Below are positions 1 to 11,232 of a stretch of DNA of 64,000 nt, piece after piece. Where the stretch lies: positions 434,001 through 498,000 of the forward strand of contig BQFW01000009.1 of the NCBI GenBank assembly GCA_020891255.1, given 5' to 3'. A program made the translations under genes and the position numbers. How positions within the stretch are numbered: position 1 is the first letter of the stretch; each line of letters opens with the position of its first letter. This DNA comes from Entomortierella parvispora E1425. Its lineage: Eukaryota; Fungi; Mortierellomycota. The notes under the pieces are model-generated. The model saw only the letters and a list, made by a program, of their open reading frames with translations. It was not told the origin of the DNA and ran no database searches.

Positions 1-3
1 GTA

Positions 4-1075
4 TCAGATCTGGAACAATTCAAGTTTTAGCCAGCAAGTTATCCTGGCAGCACCAGATGGGGATCCTTCTTCGGCCATCGTCTCCATCATCCAGTCAAAG
101 TCCTCAAACTCGGTATGACCTTCGATCGTATGCAAACGTAACGTCAGAGTCTCCAGGTCCTTTAGCCGTGTCAACTGCTTTAACGGATGGCACCGATCTT
201 CCTCATCCAACTGAGAAACGTCGCCGCCGTGCGCAATGGCCCCTTGCCCCCAAACTGCATGGTCGTATGATAGAACTCCACCGTGCGAAGATTTGGACTG
301 ACAGTTGCCATGTATGCATAGGCACGCGCCAATTGCTCATTCGTCGTCATAACATACGGCCCTGAGGCGGCAGCCGCAAACTCGGCCGCACTTTTAGGAG
401 TGACCCTTGGGTCGGTGACCAAGCCTAATTTGAGTGTCAAAAGTCCTTCACAAACCCAGGTATAATCGCAATTCAAACGGATGGGTTCAAGTGGGATCGG
501 TAGCGGGTCCAATTTCTTGCTCCGATGTCTACTCTTGTTGCATTTATCGTCCTCAACTGTACCAGCCGCCAATCGAATGGCCTCCAACTCTGCTGCTGCC
601 GCTTTGGCAGCTTCCTCCACGGCTCTCAACGCCAACGCGCTGTCACGATCTTTGACAGCCTTCTTAAAGGAATCACTCATACTCATAAACTTATCGACTA
701 GTCTTCGAGTACGTAGGGCGGACTCAGGGGCCTTTAAATGCTTGAGGTACTGGTTCCAGCATAAACAATGATCAATCGTCCACTACGCTATTCTCGGTGT
801 CGTCCCTGCCCAATGATCTCAACGGTCTCTATCGTTTGTCTTTTAGAATGCCATCTAAAGTTGAATTGATAGTCCTCAAGCGGAGCAGTGACAAAGTGAA
901 GAACGCGAAGATCCGGCAACCAGTGGCAGCTGTACTCTGCCGAGCAGAGATATCGACCGCATGCAGCGTCTTCACGGTAGGGCTCCCACAAAAACGCATC
1001 GATCCTGCCACTTTTCATGAGCTTTTCAATAGTATAAAACTCTACCCTCTGGCAATGGAAATCAGTCGGTTCGAT
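4..1075 (-). pseudogene. Decayed F-box/LRR-family gene (C-terminal part), running off the left edge
   Basis: Minus-strand fragments 788-1018, 180-779 and 4-236 join only through frameshifts or stops (near 790 and at the G-run near 240). They carry WVCEGL, LKQLTRLKDLETL and DFDWMMET..WLKLE, matching the C-terminal pattern of the intact F-box gene at 6115-7584 (WVCLGL, LKGLAHLKYV, DVSWMATHWRRLE). Confidence 0.4.
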
Positions 1076-2346
1076 TCACCAGGGCCGACTAAATTCCACG
1101 ATGCGGAAGGCGATCAGTTCAGTCTAGACAGATATAACTCGCTCAGTGGATCTCTGGTGGATAGTCACACGCCTGGGATACAAGCGCTGGAGAGGATGCT
1201 GTGAGAGAGGGGTTCTGGCCGGGGATCGTTCCTCATGTTCTTCAAATGAGGGCCCACTGTCGGCTCTGCCCTGTGTTCATTGTGTTCACTGTGTTCACAA
1301 GGGACACCATCGCTTTTCTGCCCTTACCCATCAATCGGATTGTTTTTCTGAAGGAAGAAGGGTCCAACGAGATGAGAGCTGATAGAGTATAGAGTCTATT
1401 AAGCCATGCATCCATATATGCATTCATTCGTTCATTCGTTTATTCTCTCTTCTTCTCTTGTAGGTCAGTCAGCATACATAGTTAAATTCGAAGACATGAT
1501 CAGATGAACAGGTGGCTAAACTATAGACAGACGTGGTGTTGGTTTGACGAACTTCCAGAATAGAAAAACAAGTCGAGAGTGTAACCAGAAACAAGGTGCA
1601 GGTCAGAGGTTGGAAAAAAAATAAAAAAAATAGCGAGAATCGAATTCAGTCCTCCTGCCCTGGTCTATTCCTCCTTGAGACAAGATACGACATCCAACGG
1701 ACAAAACAATTTGATCAACATGGGCCAATCGATGTTCAAAGGAGAGGAACAGGGGGAAGGAAAGAGAGGACTGTCGCCCGTCATCGGCATATCCACAGGG
1801 AGGGACTCGGTGTGGTCGACAGAAGTATTGTGAACATACATTGGCTGTTGATATCAGTGTGGGCTGGGTTGGAGAAAGCCGTAGGTTGTGGTGAAGACGA
1901 GGACAACAGCAAATGAAATCGAGACGTGTGGTGAAGTTGCAGAGGCTAGTGGTAGTGTTGACTGCAATAGGACAAAATGTATCTTGACTGATAGCGAGAT
2001 ATGCAACAAGAGAAGAAACAGTGGGCGAGTATGACACAGACGAAGGGGGGAGTTGTGAGCAGAGCTTCAACAGGGCAGAAAGGGACGAGACAACGCAGGG
2101 CGAGTGGACTGAGAGTCGAAGAATTCGGGGCGATGGGCGCACAGAACAGAAGACTACAGATCCTAGATTTGGGATCCTAGGTAAGAGAGGCGTACCAAGT
2201 CCTATTCTCACATCCATAACCGACAGTTCATGACACCTGTCTTTCCAATCCCTTACTTTCCGAGCCCTTGATCTTTTTACTCCCTTGTCTTTTCAGCCCT
2301 TTGGTGTTCTTGTACACTGCTGTAGTCCCTTTGTGCTCTCTCTCAA

Positions 2347-2552
2347 TGTTGTCCCTTGATGTTGTCCCTTGATGTTGTCCCTTGACGTTGTCTTTAGATG
2401 TTGTCCTTCGGTGTTGTCCCTAGATGATGTCCTTGGATGCTTCCGTTGGTGTTGTACCCTCTTGATGTTGTCCTTCAGTGTTGTCCCCTGATGCTGTTCC
2501 ATGATGTTGTCCCTTGATGTCGTCCCTTGATGATGTCCCTTGTTGTCCTTAG
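2347..2552 (+). repeat. 13-bp minisatellite (TGTTGTCCCTTGA-like), ~16 degenerate units
   Basis: Read directly: tgttgtcccttga x3, then cgttgtctttaga, tgttgtccttcgg and further variants. Confidence 0.85.
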
Positions 2553-2716
2553 TCCTTTGATATTGTTCTTTGCTTGTTCGTTGGTGTTTGCCTAGGTGCT
2601 GATCTTTGGTGTTTCCCCTAGCTGGATGATCGGCAAACACCATCGATGACCATTAAAAAATTGCCTCACCCCCTTTTGACTTGCACCAGTTTGGGAAGCT
2701 ATAGACATCCTTCGCA

Positions 2717-2723
2717 TATAAAA
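2717..2723 (+). promoter_or_regulatory. Candidate TATA box of small secreted protein gene 1, with a likely 5'-UTR intron (~2902-3020)
   Basis: TATAAAA lies about 320 nt upstream of ATG 3042 and is conserved in copy 2 (9901-9907). CAG|GTAAGG...CTATAG|G splice-like signals are present in both copies. Confidence 0.4.
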
Positions 2724-3041
2724 TGCCGCGCCTTACCTTACAGTCCTTTACCATACCACATTTGATCTCAACATATTCACCCCAGACTCGAAACAGGGAC
2801 CGCAAGAACTATTTCAAGTGCCATCGCAAGTACTGTACCTTCGACACCTGTCGCCCGCACGCACGATCAACCCCCACTCTTGACTTATCTTCCACACTCA
2901 GGTAAGGTAGTGAGACTACGATTTTCTGATTCATGAAAGGTTACAGCGACTATACTATGGCCGATACGATGATGGCTCCCTCAATCACACCATAACATCC
3001 TCATCTAATCGTCACTATAGGGAAGCAGCTATTTCTTCAAA

Positions 3042-3302
3042 ATGTTGTTCAGAACGTTTTTCGCCTGTGCCTTTTTTGCACTGTTGAGCTCATCGACAGT
3101 TTATGTGGCTGCGAGAGGTTGCACTGTGCTCGACCACGGTACCGAGAACGGCGAAAAGTTCACACGCTACTGCTGTCGATGCGATACAAATACATGTGTC
3201 GAGACTCAATCAGAAATTTGCAAGGAGCATAATAAGCGGCCGAGCGATGGTGACAGGTGCCCTAAGGGTAAATGGACCTGCTGGAAGTTCGATTACGAAT
3301 AA
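3042..3302 (+). CDS. Small secreted cysteine-rich protein 1 (86 aa; signal peptide plus 8-Cys mature domain)
   Basis: Hydrophobic leader MLFRTFFACAFFALLSSSTVYVAA, then a 62-aa region with 8 Cys (C-CC-C-C-C-C-C). The paralog at 10226 keeps all 8 Cys. Confidence 0.85.
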   Translation: MLFRTFFACAFFALLSSSTVYVAARGCTVLDHGTENGEKFTRYCCRCDTNTCVETQSEICKEHNKRPSDGDRCPKGKWTCWKFDYE

Positions 3303-3975
3303 TAGCTGGCCAAGTCGAATATAATGACAACTTAAGCTTATTGACCAGGACCATGAATGTCCCATTCATTTTTCATGCCTATGCCGCTTTTCTCTTTGAT
3401 TTATCTCTTGCCTTGCTCAACGACAGAAGATGAGGAGAGAGCAATTTTCCTTTCCTTACAGGTAGTCTTTTCTGGATTTTCGCAATAAATTTTAATTTGG
3501 ATCAAGTTTCACATCTCTACTGGGGGTGGACATGGAAGAGAAAGTCGGCATTGATGCATTCGACTGGATGGCAGAGCTGCCTTGACATGCAGCTGACAGA
3601 ACGGCAAATTAATGCGACGGAGCGATTGATCTCCGCACTCAGGATAAGTTATCCTGACGGACCTGGTTAACTCGAAGTTGCGGCCATGGTAATCCCGAAA
3701 AATGAAAAGGTAAACTAAATTTTCCCACCAGCCATTGTATTGAATCAAAAGTGCCGACATTCATTGGTGTTCACTGCAAAAGCATGTCTTCCCAAGGTCA
3801 ATTTTCCCAGCTTTCCTCTGTTCATCCGCAGACCAATCGTTTCCACCAGCTTCTTCTTACACCACTCTCATCACTCTTCCGCTTCATTTTCTTTTTCCTA
3901 GTTAGGATAACACTCGCACACTCTTTCCCTGGCCCTTCTGCCTCTCCTTCACCCTTTTCCCATATTCTTATCCGT

Positions 3976-5931
3976 ATGACAGCAAGGTCAGGCGATGAAC
4001 AGGTGCAGCTGAAAGTGATCATCGTGGGCGCTGGCATAGGCGGGTTGCTGCTGGCCATCCTTCTGGAAAAGATCGGTCTTGACTATGACATCTTTGAGCG
4101 GTCCAAGGAGGTACGCCCTCTTGGTAAGCAATGCAAGCACCATCGCCATCGCTTTTTATTTTATCTCAATCTCCCTCTAAATGCATTTGTTTTTGACAGG
4201 TTCTATCATGAGTATCGGGCCCAACATCCTTCCAGTGATTGAGCAATTGGGTCTTTTAGATGATCTCTTGAAGTTCTCCTTTCCAGTTCCAACCCTGAAC
4301 ATCTACAACGAGGACATGAGTCATGTTGGAACGACATCCTTTGAGGCCTTCAAAGAACGGTAAATGGCTGGCTGAAGGAAGGAAGGGGGAAGAGGGCTCA
4401 GGCAAACACCACTCGGCCACTGGACTAACAATCTCTGTGTAACTTGGTACCTTTTTTTTTTTTTTTTTTTTGAAGTGGCGGCTATGATTTCTTGGCCTTC
4501 AGTCGGCCAGACTTTCACCATCTGCTGTTGTCACAGATCCCAAGCCATAAGCTTCACCTGGGGAAAAAGGTCCTTTCTTTGCTGCAGGGAGACCGTGGTG
4601 CCATGATCAGGACCTCTGATGGTAAAACCCACGAAGGAGATATTGTTGTGGGTGCCGATGGTGCTCACAGCGCCATCCGCCAGTGCTTGTACGACCGACT
4701 GGCCGAGGAGAACAAGCTGCCACGATCGGATAGCACAAACCTCGATCTGGGTTACAATTGCATGGTCGGGGTTGCTACAGGACTCGACTCAGAAATATAC
4801 CCTGGGCTGAAGGATGGACACGCCCATTTTTGCACAACTGTTGCATACAATGTTCCTCATTCGGCAAGCCTTTGCATTCTCAGTCATTTGGGGATAAAGG
4901 AATCAGATGTGTCTGCTGAGAGAGATCTAATCGTTCTTGTTTTCTTTCTCATCGCAACAAACAGTGGCGGATTTTCATGGTTCCCGGTAATAGGATATGT
5001 TGGAGTGTCTCTGTCCAGATCACCCTCAACGAGGGAAAGACTCAAGCGATGCGCAATTCAGAGTGGGGCCCTGAGGCCATCGAGGACATGGTCAAGTTGG
5101 TAGCGCACCACAAGGTTCCTGTGGGAGGTACACTTGGAGACTTGATCGAGGCTACTCCAAAGGATCTCATCTCCAAGGTGGTCCTTGAAGAAAAAATGTT
5201 TGAAACCTGGTATCATGATCGAACTGTTCTTCTTGGAGACGGTAAGGATGTGCTACATAAACAGCCAGGAGCTATATAGCTGTACTCCCACAATCTCACC
5301 CAGGCTCATTTCCTCCGAATTTTAGCCTGCCACAAAATGATGCCCAGTGCGGGACAGGGCGCCTGCAACGCAATGCAAGGTAAATCTTCTTGCCAGTCGC
5401 AAGGCCAAAAAGTTTTAGCCCGTGAAAAACTCAAAGCATCCATCACTCACACAATTTCAATATCACACACACAGACGCCGTAATCCTTGCCAACTGTCTC
5501 TTTGACCTTCAATCTGGATCCATCGAAGACATCACTGCTGCCTTCAAGTCTTACAAGAACCAACGGTGAGGAAAGATCTTGCAGTGACAAATTGTCGGCT
5601 GGGTGCAATCAAACTCACTTTTTTTTTTCTCTTTCCATTTTGAAGTTACCCACAAGCGAGTGCTCAATTCAAGATCAGCCAGCAAGTAGGAAAGATCTTT
5701 TATGGTCACTCGTTTACAGAGCGTATGATCCGCTATGCAATCTTGAACTGGGCACCAAAGAGCCTGGAGTCTGGCAACTTTGTCAAGGCTTATTCCTACA
5801 GACCACAGGCGGTGTTCTTGCCCCAGGTTGAGGACCGAGGGCTATTTAAGGCGCTGCCTCAGCACGAGTCGAGGAGAATGAAGGCCTGCGAGGAAGCGGC
5901 CAAGAGCCAGCGGCAGCCTCAGCCGCTGTAG
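3976..5931 (+). CDS. FAD-dependent monooxygenase (FAD_binding_3 type), multi-exon
   Basis: IIVGAGIGG Rossmann motif, VVGADGAHSAIR (DG motif), and VLLGD|ACHKMMPSAGQGACNAMQ (GD motif) across GT-AG introns such as 4124-4199. Confidence 0.9.
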
Positions 5932-6114
5932 CTGAAAGAACACGAAGACCGATCAAATAAGCGAAATAAACTATACTTCCGCCACTCAGCGGACAACACA
6001 ATCTGACGTCTTATGTCTGGGAGATCATGTTTTGGCCCCTTTACAGCTTCGTGGATCAGTATTAACATAATGCACGATACTCTCTTGACTCAATTCGGTT
6101 TTAATGTTTACTTT

Positions 6115-7584
6115 CTACAAAGGCAGCGTCCACCTCTTCTTATTGTAGGAGCCAATTACAGGTCTGGGAGCCGATTCAAGTCGCCTCCAGTGGGTAGCCA
6201 TCCAAGAAACATCAGCATTTGAGAGTGACGATGGCTTTGCAAAGTCGACGTACTTCAGGTGCGCAAGTCCCTTCAGGGCGTCCAAACCAACATCCAATCG
6301 ATAGCAGAGGCCATTGTGGTCTCCGACGTGGTTGTCTGTCCACAGCTTTTCGAGGTTGGTCAAGAGTCCCAGCTTCCTATGAAACGCAGCATGGCCCTCT
6401 GGTCCGCTGTAGACGCGAATCGTCACCTTGAAAGATTTTAGACCCAGACAGACCCAACGGTGCGAATCAATGCCCTCATAAATGTCTCCATCGTGCATCA
6501 CGGGGGCCGAGAACGTTTTGATATTGGGAAGGGTCGCGAGCATTTTGTGGATCATGTTGCTGGTCACATACCTGCAATTGTCTAGGTTCAAAGTTTCCAG
6601 AGTCGCCACAAGGCGTGGAGATCTTTGAAGAGCGTTCCATATGTCTTTGTCAAACCCCGAGTCCTCCAAATCCAATTCTGTCAGATCTGCTTCAGCCCTA
6701 GCCTCTATGATTTGGTCAAGGCCCCAGTGCAGGTCCAGACGGAGACTGGTTAAATGAGGCCATTGATTCCCCTTCAGGCAGTCCAGAAATTCTTGCAGTG
6801 CTGTTCGGTCCGTAGAGCTAGAGCCGTTCAACAGGCAGATGTGCCTCAGATCGGGGCAGAGTTTCAAGAATTCAGTGCATCCTGAAATCTTTAGCTGATA
6901 GATTTTCCTCAAAGAGAACCGACGGATGCTCATCATTGGTCCCTTCAAGAAGTCTGCCTTTTCCTGTTCGTCCTTCCAGGGTTTGAGATCATCCGCTGGG
7001 AAATGGACGTCATGAAACTCCAATTCCTTGAGTCGCGAGTATCTCCAGGCCTTAACACAGAGTCTCCAGTACTTTTCGTATTGCATCGCTCGACCACCCA
7101 GGTAAACGGATTCTAGGGCCTTGCAGTGGGTCATCCATTCAAATTCCATCTGGTCGTCATTGTAGAGTTGTCCAATATAGATACGCTTGAGAGTGTGACC
7201 GTGCTTTTTCATAAAGGGCTCAAGATCATCATTTTCGAGATGACAGGCGTAATTGTCTTCAAAAGTCAGGACGGACAGATGAGGAAAAACAAGGGTGTCT
7301 GATTTGACAATGACGTCTTGGAACGGCATGATATTGCAGATCAGAGTATGGACAAAGGGGGCGTGCAAGATGATGGTCTGGATGCCCGGATGTCGGTAGG
7401 ATTCCAGTCGGAACTCGCGCCAGAGATTGGGCGTAAAGCTCTTTTGCCAGCCTTTGCAGACTCGGATACAGATGGTCAAGATCGTCGGGGTGAGGTAGCG
7501 GACTAGGTGGTCGCGGATTTTTGGATGGGTAATGACACTGTCTATCTTTTTGCCAGGGTGGCGTATGAGAAAGTGGGGAGCCAT
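6115..7584 (-). CDS. F-box/leucine-rich-repeat protein (489 aa, intronless)
   Basis: N-terminal F-box-like HPKIRDHLVRYL..CIRVCKGWQKSFTPNLWR followed by LxxLxL repeats (CPDLRHI, WPHLTSLRL, LETLNLDNC, WVCLGL). Confidence 0.8.
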   Translation of the reverse strand: MAPHFLIRHPGKKIDSVITHPKIRDHLVRYLTPTILTICIRVCKGWQKSFTPNLWREFRLESYRHPGIQTIILHAPFVHTLICNIMPFQDVIVKSDTLVFPHLSVLTFEDNYACHLENDDLEPFMKKHGHTLKRIYIGQLYNDDQMEFEWMTHCKALESVYLGGRAMQYEKYWRLCVKAWRYSRLKELEFHDVHFPADDLKPWKDEQEKADFLKGPMMSIRRFSLRKIYQLKISGCTEFLKLCPDLRHICLLNGSSSTDRTALQEFLDCLKGNQWPHLTSLRLDLHWGLDQIIEARAEADLTELDLEDSGFDKDIWNALQRSPRLVATLETLNLDNCRYVTSNMIHKMLATLPNIKTFSAPVMHDGDIYEGIDSHRWVCLGLKSFKVTIRVYSGPEGHAAFHRKLGLLTNLEKLWTDNHVGDHNGLCYRLDVGLDALKGLAHLKYVDFAKPSSLSNADVSWMATHWRRLESAPRPVIGSYNKKRWTLPL

Positions 7585-7640
7585 GGGCGCACAATACAGA
7601 AGGTAGGGAATAAAAACAGAGATGAGAGATGAGGCAGAGT

Positions 7641-7688
7641 AGAGATGAATGTAGAGATGAATGCAGAGATGAATTTAGAGATGAATTT
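7641..7688 (+). repeat. 12-bp tandem repeat AGAGATGAATNN x4 upstream of the F-box gene
   Basis: agagatgaatgt agagatgaatgc agagatgaattt agagatgaattt. Confidence 0.75.
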
Positions 7689-9631
7689 GGAGACGAAAGA
7701 AGGAAGAGGTCTCTGGCTCCTCTTCTCGCAGGAAGAGCTGCGGGCCCTGACCTTGCGGCGGACACAGCCCAGCACGAGGCGGATCGACACGCGAAGGACA
7801 CGCGTAGATTAGTCGAATTTTTATTCTAGAATATTATTGTGACTATCAGGTAGAAATGACCCAGAGAAAATTTATTAATATGGCGCTCAGTTGTAATTGA
7901 CGAGACAGAAAGCAGATTTGACCTGAGAATACTTACATAAGTTGAGAGAGAACTCAATTCCTGACATGGGGTCGACTCGCGATACATGTGGAAGGTTTTG
8001 ATCCAGACCTATGGTGCTGGTGTTCGTTCGGGGGTGCGACCAAAGAATGGTGCCTGTTCGCAAAACATATACGCAAAAGATGTTCGCAAGTCTAGAGTGA
8101 AGCGGGTGGAGGTGGAAGTTAGCTTTGGATCATCATGTGCCCATCCAAGGATCAGTGTTGATCAAACTCTCAAACGAACAAGCAAACTGCAAATAGACTC
8201 GTGTTCGCAAGGAGAGACCGCATCACGCAGGTCTCTGATGGAGTCTAGATGACGACAGTATGAGAAGTGAACGTTGAGTGACCATCTCTACAGCACCAAC
8301 GCAAAAGACAAGGTCTGAAGGCCGCGTCTGTTCCACAGGGAGGCACTGCCTTTGTCCTTTTGTCCTTAAAAGCTTTACACGAACCTGAAGGTTATATAAC
8401 GAGGCAAGGAACGATCGTTCACCAGACGAAGGAAAGTCAGTATGGATGCTCGAACAACCTCTAGCAAGGCTCCTTGGTACAAAACTTCCAAAGAGAGCAG
8501 AACATTTACCTCGTCATCGTCCTCTCCTCTCGTCGACCTCCTCGAGCTTCTTGTGTGGCCGTAGGTGTGTGTCTAGGTGTGTGGTATTCGGTAGTTGGGG
8601 GGGATGGAAGTGGGGGGGGGGGGGGGGAATGGGATGGTGGGTAAGTTGAGAAAGAAAGAAAGGAAAACCGAAGAGGTGCAGGTCTTGGCGGGCAGTTTTC
8701 AAGATTGATCGCGGTGACTGCTCAATGTGTTTCATTTTATCATCATGATATCTGCAAGATTATTTTTTTTTAGGCGCAAAGCACAATAATAAGAACTTTT
8801 TAATCCAACTATCGTAAGGGCCCAGGACTGAGATCTGCATGCCCCTTTCTCCTCTTTTTTTTTGGGAGGACCTTGGGAAGAAATAAATAGGCAGGTTTTG
8901 AAGAGTCGAATTCACTCCTCCTGCCCCGGTCTATTCCTCCTTGAGACAAGATACGACATCCAACGGACAAAACAATATGATCGACATGGGCCAATCGATG
9001 TTCAAAAGGGAGGAACACGGGGAAGGAAAGAGAGGACTGTCGCTCATCATCGGCATATCCATAGGGAGGGACTCGGTGTGGGCGACAGAAGTATTGTGAG
9101 CATACATTGGCTGTTGATATCAGTGTGGGCTGGGTTGGAGAAAGCCGTAGGTTGCGGTGAAGACGAGGACAACAGCAGATGAAATCGAGACGTGTGGTGA
9201 AAGTTGCAGAGGGTAGTGGTAGTGTTGACTGCAATAGGACAATGTATCCTGACTGATAGCGAGATATGCAACAAGAGGCGAAAAGAGAACAAACGGAAGA
9301 AGAAACAGTGGGCGAGTACGACACAGACGAAGGGGGGGAATTGTGAGCAGAGCTTCAGTAGGGCAGAAAGGGACGAGACAGCGCAGGGCGAGAGGACTGA
9401 GAGTCGAAGAATTCGGGGTGATGGGCGCACAGAACAGAGGACTACAGATCCTAGATTTGGGATCCTAGGTAAGAGACGCGTACCAATTCCTATTCTTACA
9501 TCCATTACCGACAGTTCGTGACACTTGTCTTTCCAATCCCTTACTTTTCGAGCCCTTGATCTTTTTACTCCCTTGACCTTTTCCTTGTCTTGTACAGTAC
9601 AATGCTGTAGTCCCTTTGTGCTCTCTCTTGA

Positions 9632-9705
9632 TGTTGTCCGCTGATGCTGTCCCTTGATGTTGTCCATTGATGTTGTCCTTAAATGTTGTCCCTTATTGTC
9701 CTTGG
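9632..9705 (+). repeat. 13-bp minisatellite, ~6 units (shorter homolog of 2347-2552)
   Basis: tgttgtccgctga tgctgtcccttga tgttgtccattga tgttgtccttaaa and further units, at the homologous position. Confidence 0.75.
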
Positions 9706-10225
9706 TCCTTTGATATTGTTCTTTGCTTGTCCATTGGTGTTTGCCTAGGTGTTGATCTTCGGTGTTTCCCCTGGCTGGATGATCGGCAATATTGGGGAGT
9801 TCAGGAAGTAGGAATACAAACACCATCGGTCACCATTCAAAAAATGCCTCACCCCCCTTTTGACTTACACCAGCTTGGGCAGCTATGGACATCATCTTCG
9901 TATAAAATGCCGCGCCTTACCTTACAGTCCTTTACCATACCACATTTGATCTCAACATATTCACCCCAGACTCGAAACAGGGACCGCAAGAACTATTTCA
10001 AGTGCCATCGCAAGTACTGTACCTTCGACACCTGTCGCCCGCACGCACGATCAACCCCCACTCTTGACTTATCTTCCTCACTCAGGTAAGGTTATGAGAC
10101 TACGATTTTCTGATTCATGAAAGGTTGTAGCGACTATACTATGGCCGATGCGATGACGGCTCCCTCAATCACACCATAACATCCTCATCTAATCGTCACT
10201 ATAGGGAAGCAGCCATTTCTTTAAA

Positions 10226-10489
10226 ATGTTGTTCAGAACGTTTTTCGCCTGTGCCTTTTTTGCGCTGTTGAGCTCATCGACTGTTTATGTGGCTGCGGCA
10301 GGTTGCAGTGTGCTGGACCACGGCATCGAGGAAACCGAGGACGGTTTTGCGTTCACACGCTACTGCTGTCCATGCGTCACAGGTGTATGTGTCAAATCTC
10401 AAACAGCAGTTTGCAAAGAATTTAATATGGAGCCAAGCGATGGAGACAGATGCGGTAGGGGTAGATGGACGTGCTGGAGATACGGTTAA
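10226..10489 (+). CDS. Small secreted cysteine-rich protein 2 (87 aa), paralog of 3042-3302
   Basis: Identical 24-aa leader, the same 8-Cys skeleton, and shared FTRYCC, PSDGDRC and WTCW blocks. Confidence 0.85.
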   Translation: MLFRTFFACAFFALLSSSTVYVAAAGCSVLDHGIEETEDGFAFTRYCCPCVTGVCVKSQTAVCKEFNMEPSDGDRCGRGRWTCWRYG

Positions 10490-10662
10490 GAATTATAGCT
10501 GGCCAAGTCGAATAACATGACGACTTAAGCTTATTGACCAGGACCATGAATGTCCCATTCATTTTTCATCCCAATGCCGTTTTTCTCTTTGATTTATTTC
10601 TTGCCTTGCTCAACGACAGAAGATGAGGAGAGAGCAATTTTCAATAAATCTTAATAAGAGGT

Positions 10663-11007
10663 TTGGATCAAATTGACATTAATTTTTGCCGCCCTGTCAG
10701 CCGCATGCCACAAGTGGAGACCAGCGCAGGCGTGTGCATCAACACGCCTTGCGTGTCTGCGACCCGCTTTCGACCCGCTTGGCTGGTTATTGGGACTGTT
10801 TTTGGGTCCTGCGAAGCGTCTCCGTCGCACACGCTCACATTTATTTTGTGCTCAACTCAAGCGAGTTGTACAACACGTACGCAGGTTGACCCCCCAAAGT
10901 GCACTTTGTCGACAAGCGTTTCACATCTCTACTGGGGGTGAGATGAGTGGACATGGAAGAGAAAGTCGGCGTTGACAGAACGGCAAAATTAATGTCAATT
11001 GATCCAA
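10663..11007. repeat. ~41-bp imperfect inverted repeats enclosing ~345 bp (MITE-like)
   Basis: 10663-10703 ttggatcaaattgacattaatttttgccgccctgtcagccg versus the reverse complement of 10967-11007, ttggatcaattgacattaattttgccgttctgtcaacgccg. No target duplication is evident. Confidence 0.5.
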
Positions 11008-11232
11008 GCGGAAGCGGCCATTGATCTCCGCACTCAGGATAAGTTGTCCTGACGGACCTGGTTAACTCGTTCTACTTCGGAGCAATCACATATTGTTAAA
11101 CGTGATCCATCTTTATTTTAGCGCCTCCAAAAAAAAGAGAAAAAGAAATTTTTCGAGGATCATGAACCTCACCATCTTTTCGCTGGATCCCCTCCGCGTT
11201 TTCATTGCCTCCATTCCTACACTGTTTCACTT

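Larger units (their letters stand above)
1640..3791 (+). repeat. Segmental duplication, copy 1 (~2.15 kb)
   Basis: Colinear with 8906-11069 plus 20368-20483, from TCGAATTCA to GCATGT(C/T)TTC. The 319 nt upstream of the small secreted gene differ at about 9 positions (hand count). Confidence 0.92.

Noticed and set aside
797-1204. 135-aa plus-strand ORF
   Set aside because: It lies antisense to the decayed F-box fragment and has no recognisable motif.
1665-1841. 58-aa minus-strand ORF kept at the same length in both duplicated copies (also 8931-9107)
   Set aside because: About 8 amino-acid changes against about 2 synonymous ones, so there is no sign of purifying selection. Retention is explained by recent duplication.
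2347-2552. Short repeats as a CRISPR array
   Set aside because: The units are contiguous and degenerate with no unique spacers, no cas genes are present, and the context is eukaryotic.
2293-2643. ORFs with QHQGTTSRDN-type repeats (also 9047-9826)
   Set aside because: These are translations of the 13-bp minisatellite. The unit length is not a multiple of 3, and ORF extents differ between copies.
1640-3791. Duplicated unit as a Helitron or other gene-capturing transposon
   Set aside because: It starts with TC, but there is no CTRR 3' end, terminal hairpin, TIR or TSD at the homology limits.
8612-8627. G16 run with neighbouring G tracts (possible G-quadruplex)
   Set aside because: Homopolymer runs are common in these intergenic regions, and there is nothing to link this one to a function.
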